64,000 bases of DNA from Octopus vulgaris (GCA_951406725.2 OX597829.1:41850001-41914000), one strand, 5' to 3'. Shown: positions 24,726-39,165, counted from the stretch's first letter. Translations and numbers: made by a program. Notes: generated from the sequence alone by a model not told the origin.

Positions 24726-24896
24726 CGGTTTATTTCTTTATATTAAAAATTTTATGTATTGATTAAGTCTTTCCTTGTTTGTTTTGCAAAATAGTGGTTT
24801 TGTCTCGAATTAATATTATATAATATTTTACTATAAAATTGGATTTAATCCTAAATCTGATTTTTTCCCTGAAAATTTGGATTTATTCCCTAATAT

Positions 24897-24990
<94 letters not shown>

Positions 24991-25041
24991 GTGAAGGGAA
25001 GAAATGGAGCTGAACGAAGATTCTACAGAATTCCTTTTATT

Positions 25042-25127
25042 ATTTTCTACACATGTTTCAAAGGCCGCAAATTTCCAAATTCGGATTGAATAAGGAGACC
25101 ATTTTGCAGCTTTCTCTTCAGGAAAAT
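25042..25127 (-). ncRNA. Type I hammerhead (inverted copy)
   Basis: Reverse complement of 26591-26676. Confidence 0.8.
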
Positions 25128-25335
25128 CCAGGAATTTAAATCTCCAAAAACAAATGCGCAGTAAGGTATTCGAACAAAACGCTCCTTAGGAGCCCATGAA
25201 ATGGCACAAAACTGTCTCTCAATGTGCGTTGACGTTAGGGTGGTGGTGGAGGCCGACGAAAAAGTCCGTTGGAATAAATCAAGGTCAAACTGCGGTCAAA
25301 CCTGGTAGTGGAAGAAATACTGAAAACCAAAGGGT

Positions 25336-25980
25336 GTGAATATATTCTGTATAACTAATGTTAATGTAGAGAGTCCTAATAACACCTTTAGCAGCGGTTT
25401 AGACCACAGTAGGTTCACGGACATTAGCGATCACAGCGATCTCAGTGACAGGGAATATACAGGTGTTATTCCATTAAATAGTATTGATAATGGGGTGTAT
25501 AATGTCGAAGACAGCCGCAGTTCTCACAATCATTATAGTAATAAGAACGCCGTATTAATATCGGAAGCAAATCCCAATAGAATAAGGTTCTTATCTAGTA
25601 ATTCCAAGATTAGAAATGCCATTTACCAATGCAGGGTTTACACTGAATCAGATGTCTACTCGTATATCGGAGCGTCATCATCAAAATTGGCCGTGAGAAT
25701 ATCGAACCACTTCACAACATTTCGCGATTTTAAGAAACATCACGCAACAGGACTTAGTAAATTGATCTGGCGTTTGAAGAACGCGAATTCAGCATTTAGA
25801 CTGGAATGGTCGATTTTATCGGTGTCTCTACCGTTTGATAGAGGCAAAAGAATATGTAATCTCTGCAACTCTGAGCTTTTTCACATTTTATTCGCCCGAG
25901 GGCGCCTAGTTAACGGGATTTTGCAAAATTCTTTTAGATGTCCACATTGGCGCCGACACACATTTCTTGCATACAATTGA
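25336..25980 (+). pseudogene. PLE GIY-YIG endonuclease domain
   Basis: AIYQC...SYIGAS...RISNHFTTF...CNLCNSE...CPH; homologous to the C-terminus of 12909-14375. The start codon lies in the inversion junction. Confidence 0.88.
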
Positions 25981-26590
25981 AACCTAAGATAATTAACCCC
26001 TTGATGTCCTAAAAAAAGAAAAAAATTTTTGGAAAAGTTTGAAAAAAATCTTTGAATTAAATTTGCAAGGGGAAATTACTCCCCTTTTAGCGTATGGTCT
26101 GCTACTTTTTTAGAAGCAATATCAGGGATTATATTCCCCTTGATTTGACAAGTCATCTGTATACAAGCTGGCCACAGACGAACACACAGACACATGCTTT
26201 TATCAGCCGCTTGACCAACAAAATCAGCAGTTCTCTTTCCCTCTAGCTGCTTCCTGACATACTCCCACACATACACAGGCGCGCACACACATACATGTAG
26301 CTAGGTTCTCACACCTAAATAAGATAGCCTTAATTCTTAAAACAATCCGAACATTAACATTAGTTATATAGAATATATTCACACCCTTTGGTTTTCAGTA
26401 TTTCTTCCACTACCAGGTTTGACCGCAGTTTGACCTTGATTTATTCCAACGGACTTTTTCGTCGGCCTCCACCACCACCCTGACGTCAACGCACATTGAG
26501 AGACAGTTTTGTGCCATTTCATGGGCTCCTAAGGAGCGTTTTGTTCGAATACCTTGCTGCGCATTTGTTTTTGGAGATTTAAATTCCTGG

Positions 26591-26676
26591 ATTTTCCTGA
26601 AGAGAAAGCTGCAAAATGGTCTCCTTATTCAATCCGAATTTGGAAATTTGCGGCCTTTGAAACATGTGTAGAAAAT
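26591..26676 (+). ncRNA. Type I hammerhead ribozyme in pseudo-LTR
   Basis: ATTTTC CTGAAGA GAAAGCTGCAAA...TTTGCGGCCTTT GAAAC ATGT GTA GAAAAT. Confidence 0.85.
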
Positions 26677-26880
26677 AATAAAAGGAATTCTGTAGAATCT
26701 TCGTTCAGCTCCATTTCTTCCCTTCACTAAATATATTAAACTTCAATTATCCGCGCTAAGGCACGGTTGCGACACCCCAAGGTCGTAACTTCAACCGTGT
26801 TTTTTCTGTTGTGATTTTTGCTACCCAGGTATCGGTTAAATTTTGAATAATCCTTAACAAGATAATTCATTTATCCATTT

Positions 26881-26945
<65 letters not shown>

Positions 26946-27167
26946 ACACAAGCAAACAAGTGCTTGTATGTATACGTATATGTATATGTACCTTTATGCA
27001 TTCTCATTCATATACATTCTTTTATGTATTTACACACACAGACATGTCCTCGCGTGTGAATGTGCATGCGAGTGTATTAATGATCTTAGCTGACCGCTTC
27101 TCCATACATTATTTTTTCCGTGGTACTTTGGCTGGCAGAATGACCACTGGCTTCATCACTGACACCA

Positions 27168-27259
<92 letters not shown>

Positions 27260-27386
27260 AATGTGTTTGTGTGTTTGTGTGTGTATGTGTGTGTGTGTGT
27301 GTGTATGAATATATTAAGAAAATATATAGAGGGTAGGAAAATTAGAGAAATTTTCTACCAGTGGCTAGCATGCATAAAATAGTCGT

Positions 27387-27443
<57 letters not shown>

Positions 27444-27526
27444 CCCTTTCAAAATGTGACCTCGTGTGTACCGTTGGCGATTTTTTTCCCTCTGTCTTCC
27501 CTTCTCTGGATCTTTCCTTCTCCTAT

Positions 27527-27561
27527 GTTTCCGACGAAGAGCTCCGCTCGAAACGTTAAAC
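27527..27561 (+). ncRNA. Ultra-minimal hammerhead variant within PLE-type terminal fragment 27442-27664
   Basis: GTTT CCGACGA A GAGC tcc GCTC GAAAC GTT AAAC; U4C variant, extra A, palindromic AACGTT stem III. Confidence 0.7.
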
Positions 27562-27686
27562 CCTTCTTCTTTCCTTCTTTCCTGAGCGTCCAATAATACT
27601 ATATTTGTTCCACGTCCTCGCGTTGTTGTGGTTTTTTTGTGCTTTCTTGTTTGGATTAACTTCATATATATATATATATATATATA

Positions 27687-28308
27687 TAAGAAATATTAAA
27701 TTTCTAAATCTCTCGTAGAGACATGTACGGGGGTGGGGCGATAGAATGGTTGTATACTGTCAATCTAACAAGAACGTGACAGTAGGGGGTACACCACCGC
27801 TGTATAGCCCTAGGAAACATCGAACGCCTCCTGATGGCTTTGACACATTTTCCCCTGTGTCCTTATATACATATACGAAGGGGAGACAAACACCCCCGGC
27901 TGCCGAAACTGCATCTAGGGACACGTGTTTCAGGATCGTTGTCCTTCATCGGCCTAGAGTAGCAGACACCGGTCAACCGGTGATATTTGTCTCGACTTCG
28001 TAATTGTATATATCTATACTCAGTGAAGTCTATTCACTGATTATCAAAATAAGAAATATTAAATTTCTAAATCTCTCGTAGAGACATGTACGGTGGTGGG
28101 GCGATAGAATGGTTGTATACTGTCAAACTAACAAGAACGTGACAGTAGGGGTACACCACCGCTGTATAGCCCTAGGAAGCATCGAACGCCTCAAGGACAC
28201 AGGGAAAAATGTGTCAAAGCCATCAGGAGGCGTTCGATGCTTCCTAGGGCTATACAGCGGTGGTGTACCCCCTACTGTCACGTTCTTGTTAGATTGACAG
28301 TATACAAC

Positions 28309-28316
<8 letters not shown>
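27687..28316 (-). mobile_element. Non-coding 363-bp tandem unit with hammerhead (retrozyme-like or PLE pseudo-LTR)
   Basis: 27687-27830 is repeated at 28050-28192; 28193-28316 is the inverse of 27741-27864; both ends lie in (TA)n. Confidence 0.85.
27914..27958 (-). ncRNA. Minimal type I hammerhead ribozyme (U4C variant)
   Basis: Minus: TCTAGG CCGATGA AGGA caacga TCCT GAAAC ACGT GTC CCTAGA. Confidence 0.88.
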
Positions 28317-28400
<84 letters not shown>

Positions 28401-28401
28401 A

Positions 28402-28750
28402 TGGAGGCGCAATGGCCCAGTGGTTAGGGCAGCGGACCGGGCGTTGTGAGTGTTTATTGAGCGAAAAACACCTAAAACTCCACGAGGCTCCGGCAGAGGA
28501 TGGTGGTGATCCCTGCTGTACTCTTTCACCACAACTTTCTCTTACTCTCACTTCCTGTTTCTGTTGTACCTGTATTTCAAAGGGCCGGCCTTGTCAATCT
28601 CTGTGTCACGCTGAATATCCCCGAGAACTGCGTTAAGGGTACACCTGTCTGTAGAGTGCTCAGCCACTTATACGTTAATTTCACGAGCAGGCTGTTCCGT
28701 TGATTCGGATCAACCGGAACCCTCGTCGTCGTAACCGACGGAGTGCTTCT
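28402..28750 (+). mobile_element. SINE family C
   Basis: Matches the other copies; B-box region deleted. Confidence 0.9.
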
Positions 28751-28752
28751 TT

Positions 28753-28866
<114 letters not shown>

Positions 28867-28998
28867 ACTTGCCAAAGACCCCCAAGTCCCCAGAGATTAG
28901 TAACCGGAGAAGCACTAACCTAGGGCATAAATACTCATCCTCTCACACAAACAAAGAAATGCATCTCAGTCTAAATCGTTATTTCAGCAGAAAAATTT

Positions 28999-29071
<73 letters not shown>

Positions 29072-29263
29072 CAGGAAGTAAATGGGAAAGAAAAACCAAT
29101 TACACCAGAGGCGGTGTCACAACATCTGACTGAAAGTGGAGAACAAAATAAGTTAAAACGTAACGAACATTGATTAATGTTATAAAATGAATGATTGTAG
29201 CTTGATACTGGAAATTAATCAAAATATTGCCTCTGAGAAAACTGGTATGTCTTGTCTCGGAAA

Positions 29264-29660
29264 TCTTTATATATAAAAGTAAGGTTGTGTACAGTCTGTC
29301 TACTCCGATATAGATTCCTAACTACTCCCAGATTTTGCGGTGCAGTTTAACCAAAACCGGGTATCTTATAGTCGTGATTCATATCGAGCCCTTCTGGGTA
29401 TTAGCGCGCGTCTACGATGAGTCTACGATTTTAAAAATAATTTACCATCATTTTTTCCATTTTAATGCATATTTTTTTTAATGTAAGAGAAGTAACTCTC
29501 TAAAAATGTCTACGATGAGTCAACGATTTAAAAAAAAAATTACCATCATATTTTTTCCATTTTTAATGCATTTCTTTGCTAATTTTTGGCTATAACTCTC
29601 TAAAAATGCTTTATAGTTATTACCCTTACAAATCCGAGCAACGCCGGGTGATACTGCTAG
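29264..29660 (+). mobile_element. Non-autonomous Helitron (family with three copies)
   Basis: A|TC start, CCGAGCAACGCCGGG hairpin, CTAG|T end; other copies at 36590 and 51870. Confidence 0.9.
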
Positions 29661-30167
29661 TCTAAATATAATTGAAGATGAAATAAAATAATGTGTTGAA
29701 AAATGAATCTATTTCTAAATAAAAACTATTATAATGGGAAATAACTTTGTCAAGGTTGCCTCCCTTAGCTTATCTCTTTTATTTTCGCGCGTCTACGATG
29801 AGTCTACGATTTTAAAAATAATTTACCATCATTTTTTCCATTTTAATGCATATTTTTTTTAATGTAAGAGAAGTAACTCTCTAAAAATGTCTACGATGAG
29901 TCAACGATTTAAAAAAAAAATTACCATCATATTTTTTCCATTTTTAATGCATTTCTTTGCTAATTTTTGGCTATAACTCTCTAAAAATGCTTTATAGTTA
30001 TTACCCTTACAAATCCGAGCAACGCCGGGTGATACTGCTAGTCTAAATATAATTGAAGATGAAATAAAATAATGTGTTGAAAAATGAATCTATTTCTAAA
30101 TAAAAACTATTATAATGGGAAATAACTTTGTCAAGGTTGCCTCCCTTAGCTTATCTCTTTTATTTTC
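29406..30167. repeat. 381-bp tandem duplication (Helitron 3' part plus 126 bp of flank)
   Basis: 29406-29786 is repeated at 29787-30167; no differences seen by eye. Confidence 0.92.
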
Positions 30168-30205
30168 ATTTTTTTTCTTGGCAAATATTTAATACGCTTA
30201 TTTTT

Positions 30206-31357
30206 AAGGCGGTGAGCTGGCAGAAATGTTAGCACGCCGGGCGAAATGCTTAGTGGTATTTCGCCTGCCATTACATTCTGAATTCAAATTCCGCCGCGGT
30301 CGACTTTGCCTTTCATCCTTTCGGGGTCGATAAATTAAGTACAAGTTACGCACTGGGGTCGATGTAATCGGTTTAATCCGTTTGTCTGTCCTTGTTTGTC
30401 CCCTCTGTGTTTAGCCCCTTGTGGGTAGTAAAGAAATGGGTATTTCGTCTGCCGTTACGTTCTGAGTTCAAATTCCACTGAGGTCGACTTTGCCTCTCAT
30501 CCTTTCGGGGTCGATAAATTAAGTACCAGTTACGCACTGGGGTCGATATAATCGACTCAATCTGTTTGTCTGTCCTTGTTTGTCCTCTCTGTGTTTAGCC
30601 CCTTGTGGGTAGTAAAGAAATTGGTATTTCGTCTGCCGTTACGTTCTGAGTTCAAATTCCGCCGCGGCCGACTTTGCCTTTCATCCTTTCGAGGTTGATA
30701 AATTAAGTACAAGTTACGCACTGGGGTCGATGTAATCGGTTTAATCCGTTTGTCTGTCCTTGTTTGTCCCCTCTGTGTTTAGCCCCTTGTGGGTAGTAAA
30801 GAAATGGGTATTTCGTCTGCCGTTACGTTCTGAGTTCAAATTCCGCCGAGGCCGACTTTGCCTTTCATCCTTTCGGGGTCGATAAATTAAGTACAAGTTA
30901 CGCACTGGGGTCGATGTAATCGGTTTAATCCGTTTGTCTGTCCTTGTTTGTCCCCTCTGTGTTTAGCCCCTTGTGGGTTGTAAAGAAATAGGTATTTCGT
31001 CTGCCGTTACGTTCTGAGTTCAAATTCCGCCGAGGCCGACTTTGCCTTTCATCCTTTCGGGGTCGATAAATTAAGTACAAGTTACGCACTGGGGTCGATG
31101 TAATCGGTTTAATTCGTTTGTCTGTCCTTGTTTGTCCCCTCTGTGTTTAGCCCCTTGTGGGTAGTAAAGAAATGGGTATTTCGTCTGCCGTTACGTTCTG
31201 AGTTCAAATTCTGCCGGGGCCCACTTTGCCTTTCGTCCTTTCGGGGTCGATAAATTAAGTACAAGTTACGCACTGGGGTCGATGTAATCGGTTTAATCCG
31301 TTTGTCTGTCCTTGTTTGTCCCCTCTGTGTTTAGCCCCTTGTGGGTAGTAAAGAAAT
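30206..31357 (+). mobile_element. SINE family B concatemer: one tRNA-like head plus six 184-bp units
   Basis: TATTTCG at 30257, 30441, 30625, 30809, 30993 and 31177; flanking direct repeat AAATATTTAATACG near 30183 and 31358. Confidence 0.93.
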
Positions 31358-31718
31358 AAATATTTAATACGTTTGTGCATTGTTATTAAAACGTTGGATA
31401 AAACGCCTGGCATTTCGTGTCAGAGTTCAAATCCCACTGTAGACCCCTTCGTCTTTAAATCTTGGGTGGTTGATAACCCTACCAATTATTAGGGCCGATT
31501 TTATCGATCAAGTCGCAACCTCAAATTTCTGCCATGCATTTCCTCCATTGACTTCCTTCTATGTTACATAAACAGTTATGAACACGGGCAAAATGAGAAA
31601 CTCGCGTTACGGAATTCCACGTTAAAGCGAGATTTTCAAGGCAATTACTCTCAGTAGGGTGAGGATACCCGTCTCTCATTCTGTTCCTCTCTCACTCTTT
31701 CTCTTCTTCGCTCTAGCT

Positions 31719-31727
31719 ATACATACA

Positions 31728-31758
<31 letters not shown>

Positions 31759-31800
31759 CATACATACATACATACATACATGCATGCATGCATACATACA

Positions 31801-31834
<34 letters not shown>

Positions 31835-31839
31835 CATAT

Positions 31840-31902
<63 letters not shown>

Positions 31903-32024
31903 CATACATACATACATACATACATACATACATACATACATACATACATACATACATACATACATACATACATACATACATACATACATACATACATGCA
32001 TGCATGCATGCATACATACATACA

Positions 32025-32058
<34 letters not shown>

Positions 32059-32315
32059 CATACATACATACATACATATATACATACATACATACATACA
32101 TATATACATACATACATACATACATGCATGCATGCATGCATATATACATACATACACACATACATACATACAGACATACATACATGCATACGTACATACA
32201 TACATACACACACACAAACACACACACACACACATATGTGTAACCCCCCCCCCCCCCGCACGCACGCACACTCACACACGTACGCACGTACACACACACA
32301 CACACACACACACAC
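31719..32315. repeat. (ACAT)n/(CA)n microsatellite
   Basis: Directly visible. Confidence 0.95.
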
Positions 32316-32355
32316 AAATATTCATTTATGATCCTTCAAAGAAGAATATCGTTGA

Positions 32356-32399
32356 CAGTGACTTCGACGTTTCGGCTAGCTAACACTTCGTCGGAACTG
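32356..32399 (-). ncRNA. Degenerate hammerhead variant
   Basis: Minus: CCGACGA A GTGTTAGCTAGCC GAAAC GTC; stem I is weak. Confidence 0.45.
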
Positions 32400-32579
32400 C
32401 CTCGCTATAGAGTTCAAAACCCTCCCTTACGTGTGTGCGTTTGAGTGAAGTGGTAAGTAGATCTTTTTTCGGGATTGGTCTTTTATCGATTAAATTTGGG
32501 GGTCATGTTATTGCTTAGAATCTATTCATGCATGTATCCAATAAGACAACGTGTGTAGGTGTTTCCCTAGAAGAAGGGT

Positions 32580-34380
<1,801 letters not shown>

Positions 34381-34482
34381 CATGTTTCTTTCTAGGGGTT
34401 CCTTTTTCTATAAGCAGTTCTGGTTAGTGTAACTTTGATTGTCAAAGCATAATACCCAAAAAACATCAAAAATATTGTCACA

Positions 34483-34524
34483 CCTTGTGATGACCTTACT
34501 AAAGGGAAACGCGTGTTTACAAAG
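34483..34524 (+). ncRNA. Degenerate hammerhead motif
   Basis: CCTTG TGATGA CCTT acta AAGG GAAAC GCGT GTT TACAAAG; C3 lost. Confidence 0.55.
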
Positions 34525-34706
34525 TTCTACATGGATGAATAAATTCTAAACAATAACAACCCCAAATTTAATCAATAAAATCTTCTGTAAAACACCTTTC
34601 CCTAACAAGCAACCATAACTTAATTACAACTCTATTCAAACCCACACGTCCCAAAGAAGAGAGAGACAATATAAAAGCAAGACTAGCTTAATTGCATCTC
34701 AGTCCG

Positions 34707-34808
<102 letters not shown>

Positions 34809-34850
34809 GTTATTATTATTATTGTTCTTCTTCTTCTTCTTCTTCTTCTT

Positions 34851-34936
<86 letters not shown>

Positions 34937-34937
<1 letters not shown>

Positions 34938-35383
34938 GAGTGAGAGAGCAGTGCATGCCATCAAAGTGACACTGGGGTTAAATATACGAAGCCCAGTATA
35001 CCCATCATGACTACCCGTCTGATAAAGGTACACCAGGCACATGCATCACAACCATATGTGCGCGACATGGTGATCTCATATCAAGATAAACAGCACATGA
35101 TCTTGCAAGTGGGGCCCAGTTAGAATTTTCTTCTGGTTGAGTAGCCCATCCCGCTCAAAAGGTCCTTGAATAAGGGTTGTTTAAGGACGTTGAACGAAAT
35201 ACCCATGTTTCCAGAGGTGAAGTATTCAAACTCCATAGAATCCCTCTCAACACATGGCTATGATGCTCCCCCACTACTTCTGCTCGTGATCAGAGATGCA
35301 CATATTGTCAGCCACTAAGGGACATGCTCAACTGGTCAAGGTCAAACAACTGACTAGCAAATCTGTGGTATTGAGCAGAATAT
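34937..35383 (-). mobile_element. (TAA)n-embedded non-coding element (family F), 5'-truncated
   Basis: Reverse complement of about 50123-50571. Confidence 0.88.
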
Positions 35384-35384
35384 A

Positions 35385-35478
<94 letters not shown>

Positions 35479-35682
35479 TTATATGTATATATACATATAT
35501 TTATACACACACACACACACACACACGAACACACCAGAGTAAGCATATAAATGCGAAACAAGGTTGGAAAAAATTAGTACTCGAATACCAGAGGTAGAGT
35601 AATATGCTTTATTAAAAAGCATCAAAAATATCACAAAAACTGTTCTTTTGATATTTCTGCTGCTTTTTAATAAAATACATAC

Positions 35683-35766
<84 letters not shown>

Positions 35767-35815
35767 GTATATACATATATTATATATATACATACATACA
35801 TATATATATATATAC

Positions 35816-35882
<67 letters not shown>

Positions 35883-36589
35883 TTTACACACAAACGCGCA
35901 CACGCACACACACATTCAGTTATTTCAGCTCCCTCTACCAAACACACTAGCGTGGCTGAACCTAGAACCATGTGATTGCGAAGCAAACTTACCATACAGC
36001 CACACCCGCTCCTTCCTATTAGCAATATTCTTATGTCAAAAATTATTTCCCTCCTCCAAGAATCCCCTCTGAAATCCTAAATTCCACCGCCCCGTACCGA
36101 GTATGAATTTCCACAGGTAAACAGCGCAGATTTTAATCGAGTATTATTCATAACTTAAAATATGAAAATGTTGCCATTCACTGAAAGGAATTGAAAATGT
36201 GTATTACAACACCAGTTGTCTCCCTTAGATCATTTTTTCTAAGATTTGATTTCTACAGGGTTTTTTTCCTCACCGATATAAATTATTCCAGATCTTCAAC
36301 GTAAAATGGTTCATATTAAGATATTAATTTTTAAAAAATACTATTAGAATTCATTTGTGGATTGATGTAAAAAATGTAGGCAAGCGTGGCTATGTGTTAA
36401 TTAGTTTGTTTCCCATACATATGAAGGTGGGTTCAGTCCTACTACATGGCAAATTTGTCTTCTGCTTTGGCCCTGGGCTAACCAAAGTCTTCTGAGTGGA
36501 TTGGTAGATGGAAGCTGAAAGAAGTATATAACTCCTTACTAAATGTGTTGAGTGCCTTATTCTTTCGTTTGTCCATTCACTCGTGTATA

Positions 36590-36969
36590 TCTTTATATAT
36601 AAAAGTGAAGTTGTGTGTCTGTCTCCTACGATTTAGATTCCTAACTACTCCCACATTTTGCGGTGCAGTTTAACCAAAACCGGGTACCTTATAGTCGTGA
36701 TTCATATCGAGCCCTTCTGGGTATTAGAGTCTACGATTTAAAAAATAATTTACCATCATTTTTTTTCCATTTTAATGCATTTTTTCGCTATTATATAAGG
36801 GAAGTAACTCTCTAAAAATGTCTACGATGAGTCAACGATTAAAAAAAATTACCATAATTTTTTTTCCATTTTTAATGCATTTTTTTCTATTTTTTGGCTA
36901 TAACTCTCTAAAAATGCTTATATAGTTATTTCCCTTACAAACCCGAGCAACGCCGGGCGATACTGCTAG
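36590..36969 (+). mobile_element. Non-autonomous Helitron
   Basis: TC...CTAG ends; homologous to 29264-29660. Confidence 0.9.
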
Positions 36970-37383
36970 TATCTAATATAATAAATGCGAATATCAGTGA
37001 GTCAGTGTGTCACATATCATACCATTTTGGAATTAGGCTGACTCTGCGAGTAAAGTAAAAACATTCTGGTCCTAATCTGGACCCGCAATCCTGAAATTTT
37101 AGATTCCCAAGTTTTTCAATATTGCGATTGTTTTTGGCGATTTTTTTACGTGATTTTTTGCGATGAATGTTTTTGTACGCTAACAATTTTTATAACTAGG
37201 AAATAAATTTTGGGACTAATCGAAAATAATTGCGAAATCTAGCGATTATTTTCGGACGTTTTTTTATGACCCTGGAGGAAGCAATTGCAACAAACTCTCC
37301 AAAACAAGTCAGAGATCTGTTTGCAGATTTTCCCATTTGGGGTCAGTTGCTTGAAAGCTATATACTAGCTTAAAAGCCGCCCG

Positions 37384-37384
<1 letters not shown>

Positions 37385-37414
<30 letters not shown>

Positions 37415-37838
37415 TGTATGTATGTATGTATGTATGTATGTATGTATGTATGTATGTATGTATGTATGTATATATGCATGTATGTATGCATGTATGTATG
37501 TATGTATGTATGTATGTATGTATGTATGTATGTATGTATGTATGTATGTATGTATGTATGTATGTATGCATGACTGCATGTATGCATGTATGTATGTATG
37601 CATGTATGCATATATGTATGTATGTATGTATGTATGCATGAATGTATGTATGTATGTATGTATGTATGCATATATGTATGTATGTATGTATGCATGCATG
37701 CATGTATGTATGTATGTATGTATGTATGTATGTATGTATGTATGTATGTATGCATGCATGAATGCATGCATGTATGTATGCATGAATGTATGTAAGTATG
37801 TGTGTGTATTTATGTATGTGTGTGTGTGTGTGTATGTA

Positions 37839-37871
<33 letters not shown>

Positions 37872-37877
37872 ATGTAT
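37385..37877. repeat. (ATGT)n microsatellite
   Basis: Directly visible. Confidence 0.95.
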
Positions 37878-38158
37878 AATTAATTAATTAATTAATTAGA
37901 ATAAATACGGAGAAAAAAGACAAAAAGATAAAAACAACGCGAGACGTGGTACATGCAAAATATTAATAAGACACTCAGAGAGCATAGCACTTCTTCGGAA
38001 ACAGGAGACATAGAAAAGTTCAAAAGAAAAGGAAGAAGGAGAGGGGGGGGAGAATCGCCAACGAATGAGGCTAGTTAATTTTACCTGAAGACGGGGATTT
38101 TATGTTATGTTGTAATTTATGAACACATCAATAAAGCCCTACCGAATTATATATATAT

Positions 38159-38368
38159 AACAATTGCAGCGTGGAAGGTGTTTGTAAGCCATTTAAGAAA
38201 CACACAAAATCCTTTCGATTCACTTCAACAAATTAAACTTAAATGTTGAAGTGAATCGAACGGATTTTGTGTGTCTTAAATGGCTTACAAACACCTTCCA
38301 CGCTGCAATTGTTTTCGTTTCAGCACACGATCTCAGATCAAATCACTTGCTATGCAAGTACATCTCCG

Positions 38369-38372
<4 letters not shown>
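38159..38372. mobile_element. Second copy of the palindromic mini-element
   Basis: Homologous to 2925-3158, with a shorter left arm; in (TA)n. Confidence 0.85.
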
Positions 38373-38444
<72 letters not shown>

Positions 38445-38445
<1 letters not shown>

Positions 38446-38806
38446 AATAGATAAGTGTATTTTACCTTGTTAACAATTAACACGGATAAATAAATAAATA
38501 GTTACCAGGGCAGCAAAAATCTCACAAGTAAAGATGTCGTAACTCCTTGTTTATAAAGTTTGAAACTTCGTGTTTATGTTGAATATTTTGAATAATATGA
38601 ATAAAAAATGGAGTTAACGCAGGTTTAAACAAGTATTTTTACTTAGCAAAATGTCGTATTGACGAGTTTCGTTTTTTCACTTTCCCGAAGAGAAGATTGC
38701 ATTGTTTATACCTTTTATTCTTTTGAATAGTATCAGTGGAATTTTCGAAACATATGTAGAAAGTAAAAATACTTGTTTAAACCTGCGTTAACTCCATTTT
38801 TTATTC

Positions 38807-38813
<7 letters not shown>
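38445..38813. mobile_element. PLE terminus with inversion, in (TA)n
   Basis: Inverted repeats at about 38592-38644 and 38761-38813 around a hammerhead; related to 14600-14940. Confidence 0.75.
38679..38764 (+). ncRNA. Type I hammerhead ribozyme (U4C variant)
   Basis: ACTTTC CCGAAGA GAAGATT...AATTTTC GAAAC ATAT GTA GAAAGT; homologous to 14654-14735. Confidence 0.8.
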
Positions 38814-38872
<59 letters not shown>

Positions 38873-39081
38873 TGAGGAGCTACAGATAAATTTATGCAAG
38901 GAAAACCACATAATTTATTAATAGCGAAACAATTGTCTCGAACTAATCTACATTTTGTTATGTTTATTGGCCCTGTCCATTTGCGCTGGTAGTAGTGCTA
39001 ACTTTCAACGGAAACAATTTCTTTTGTGGCTGAAACCTTGTGGATCTATTTTTAGTGCTAAAGTAGACCACATGGTGGTCA

Positions 39082-39165
<84 letters not shown>

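Larger units (their letters stand above)
24986..26883 (+). mobile_element. 5'-truncated Penelope-like element with inverted pseudo-LTR, inserted in (TA)n
   Basis: About 360-bp near-perfect inverted repeats (24986-25348 and 26370-26735) around a GIY-YIG ORF. Confidence 0.9.

Noticed and set aside
38080-38148. Half hammerheads (CTGAAGA here; CTGATGA at about 54677-54683 on the minus strand and about 10350)
   Set aside because: The GAAAC/NUH half is missing, so they cannot be called ribozymes; probably truncated relics.
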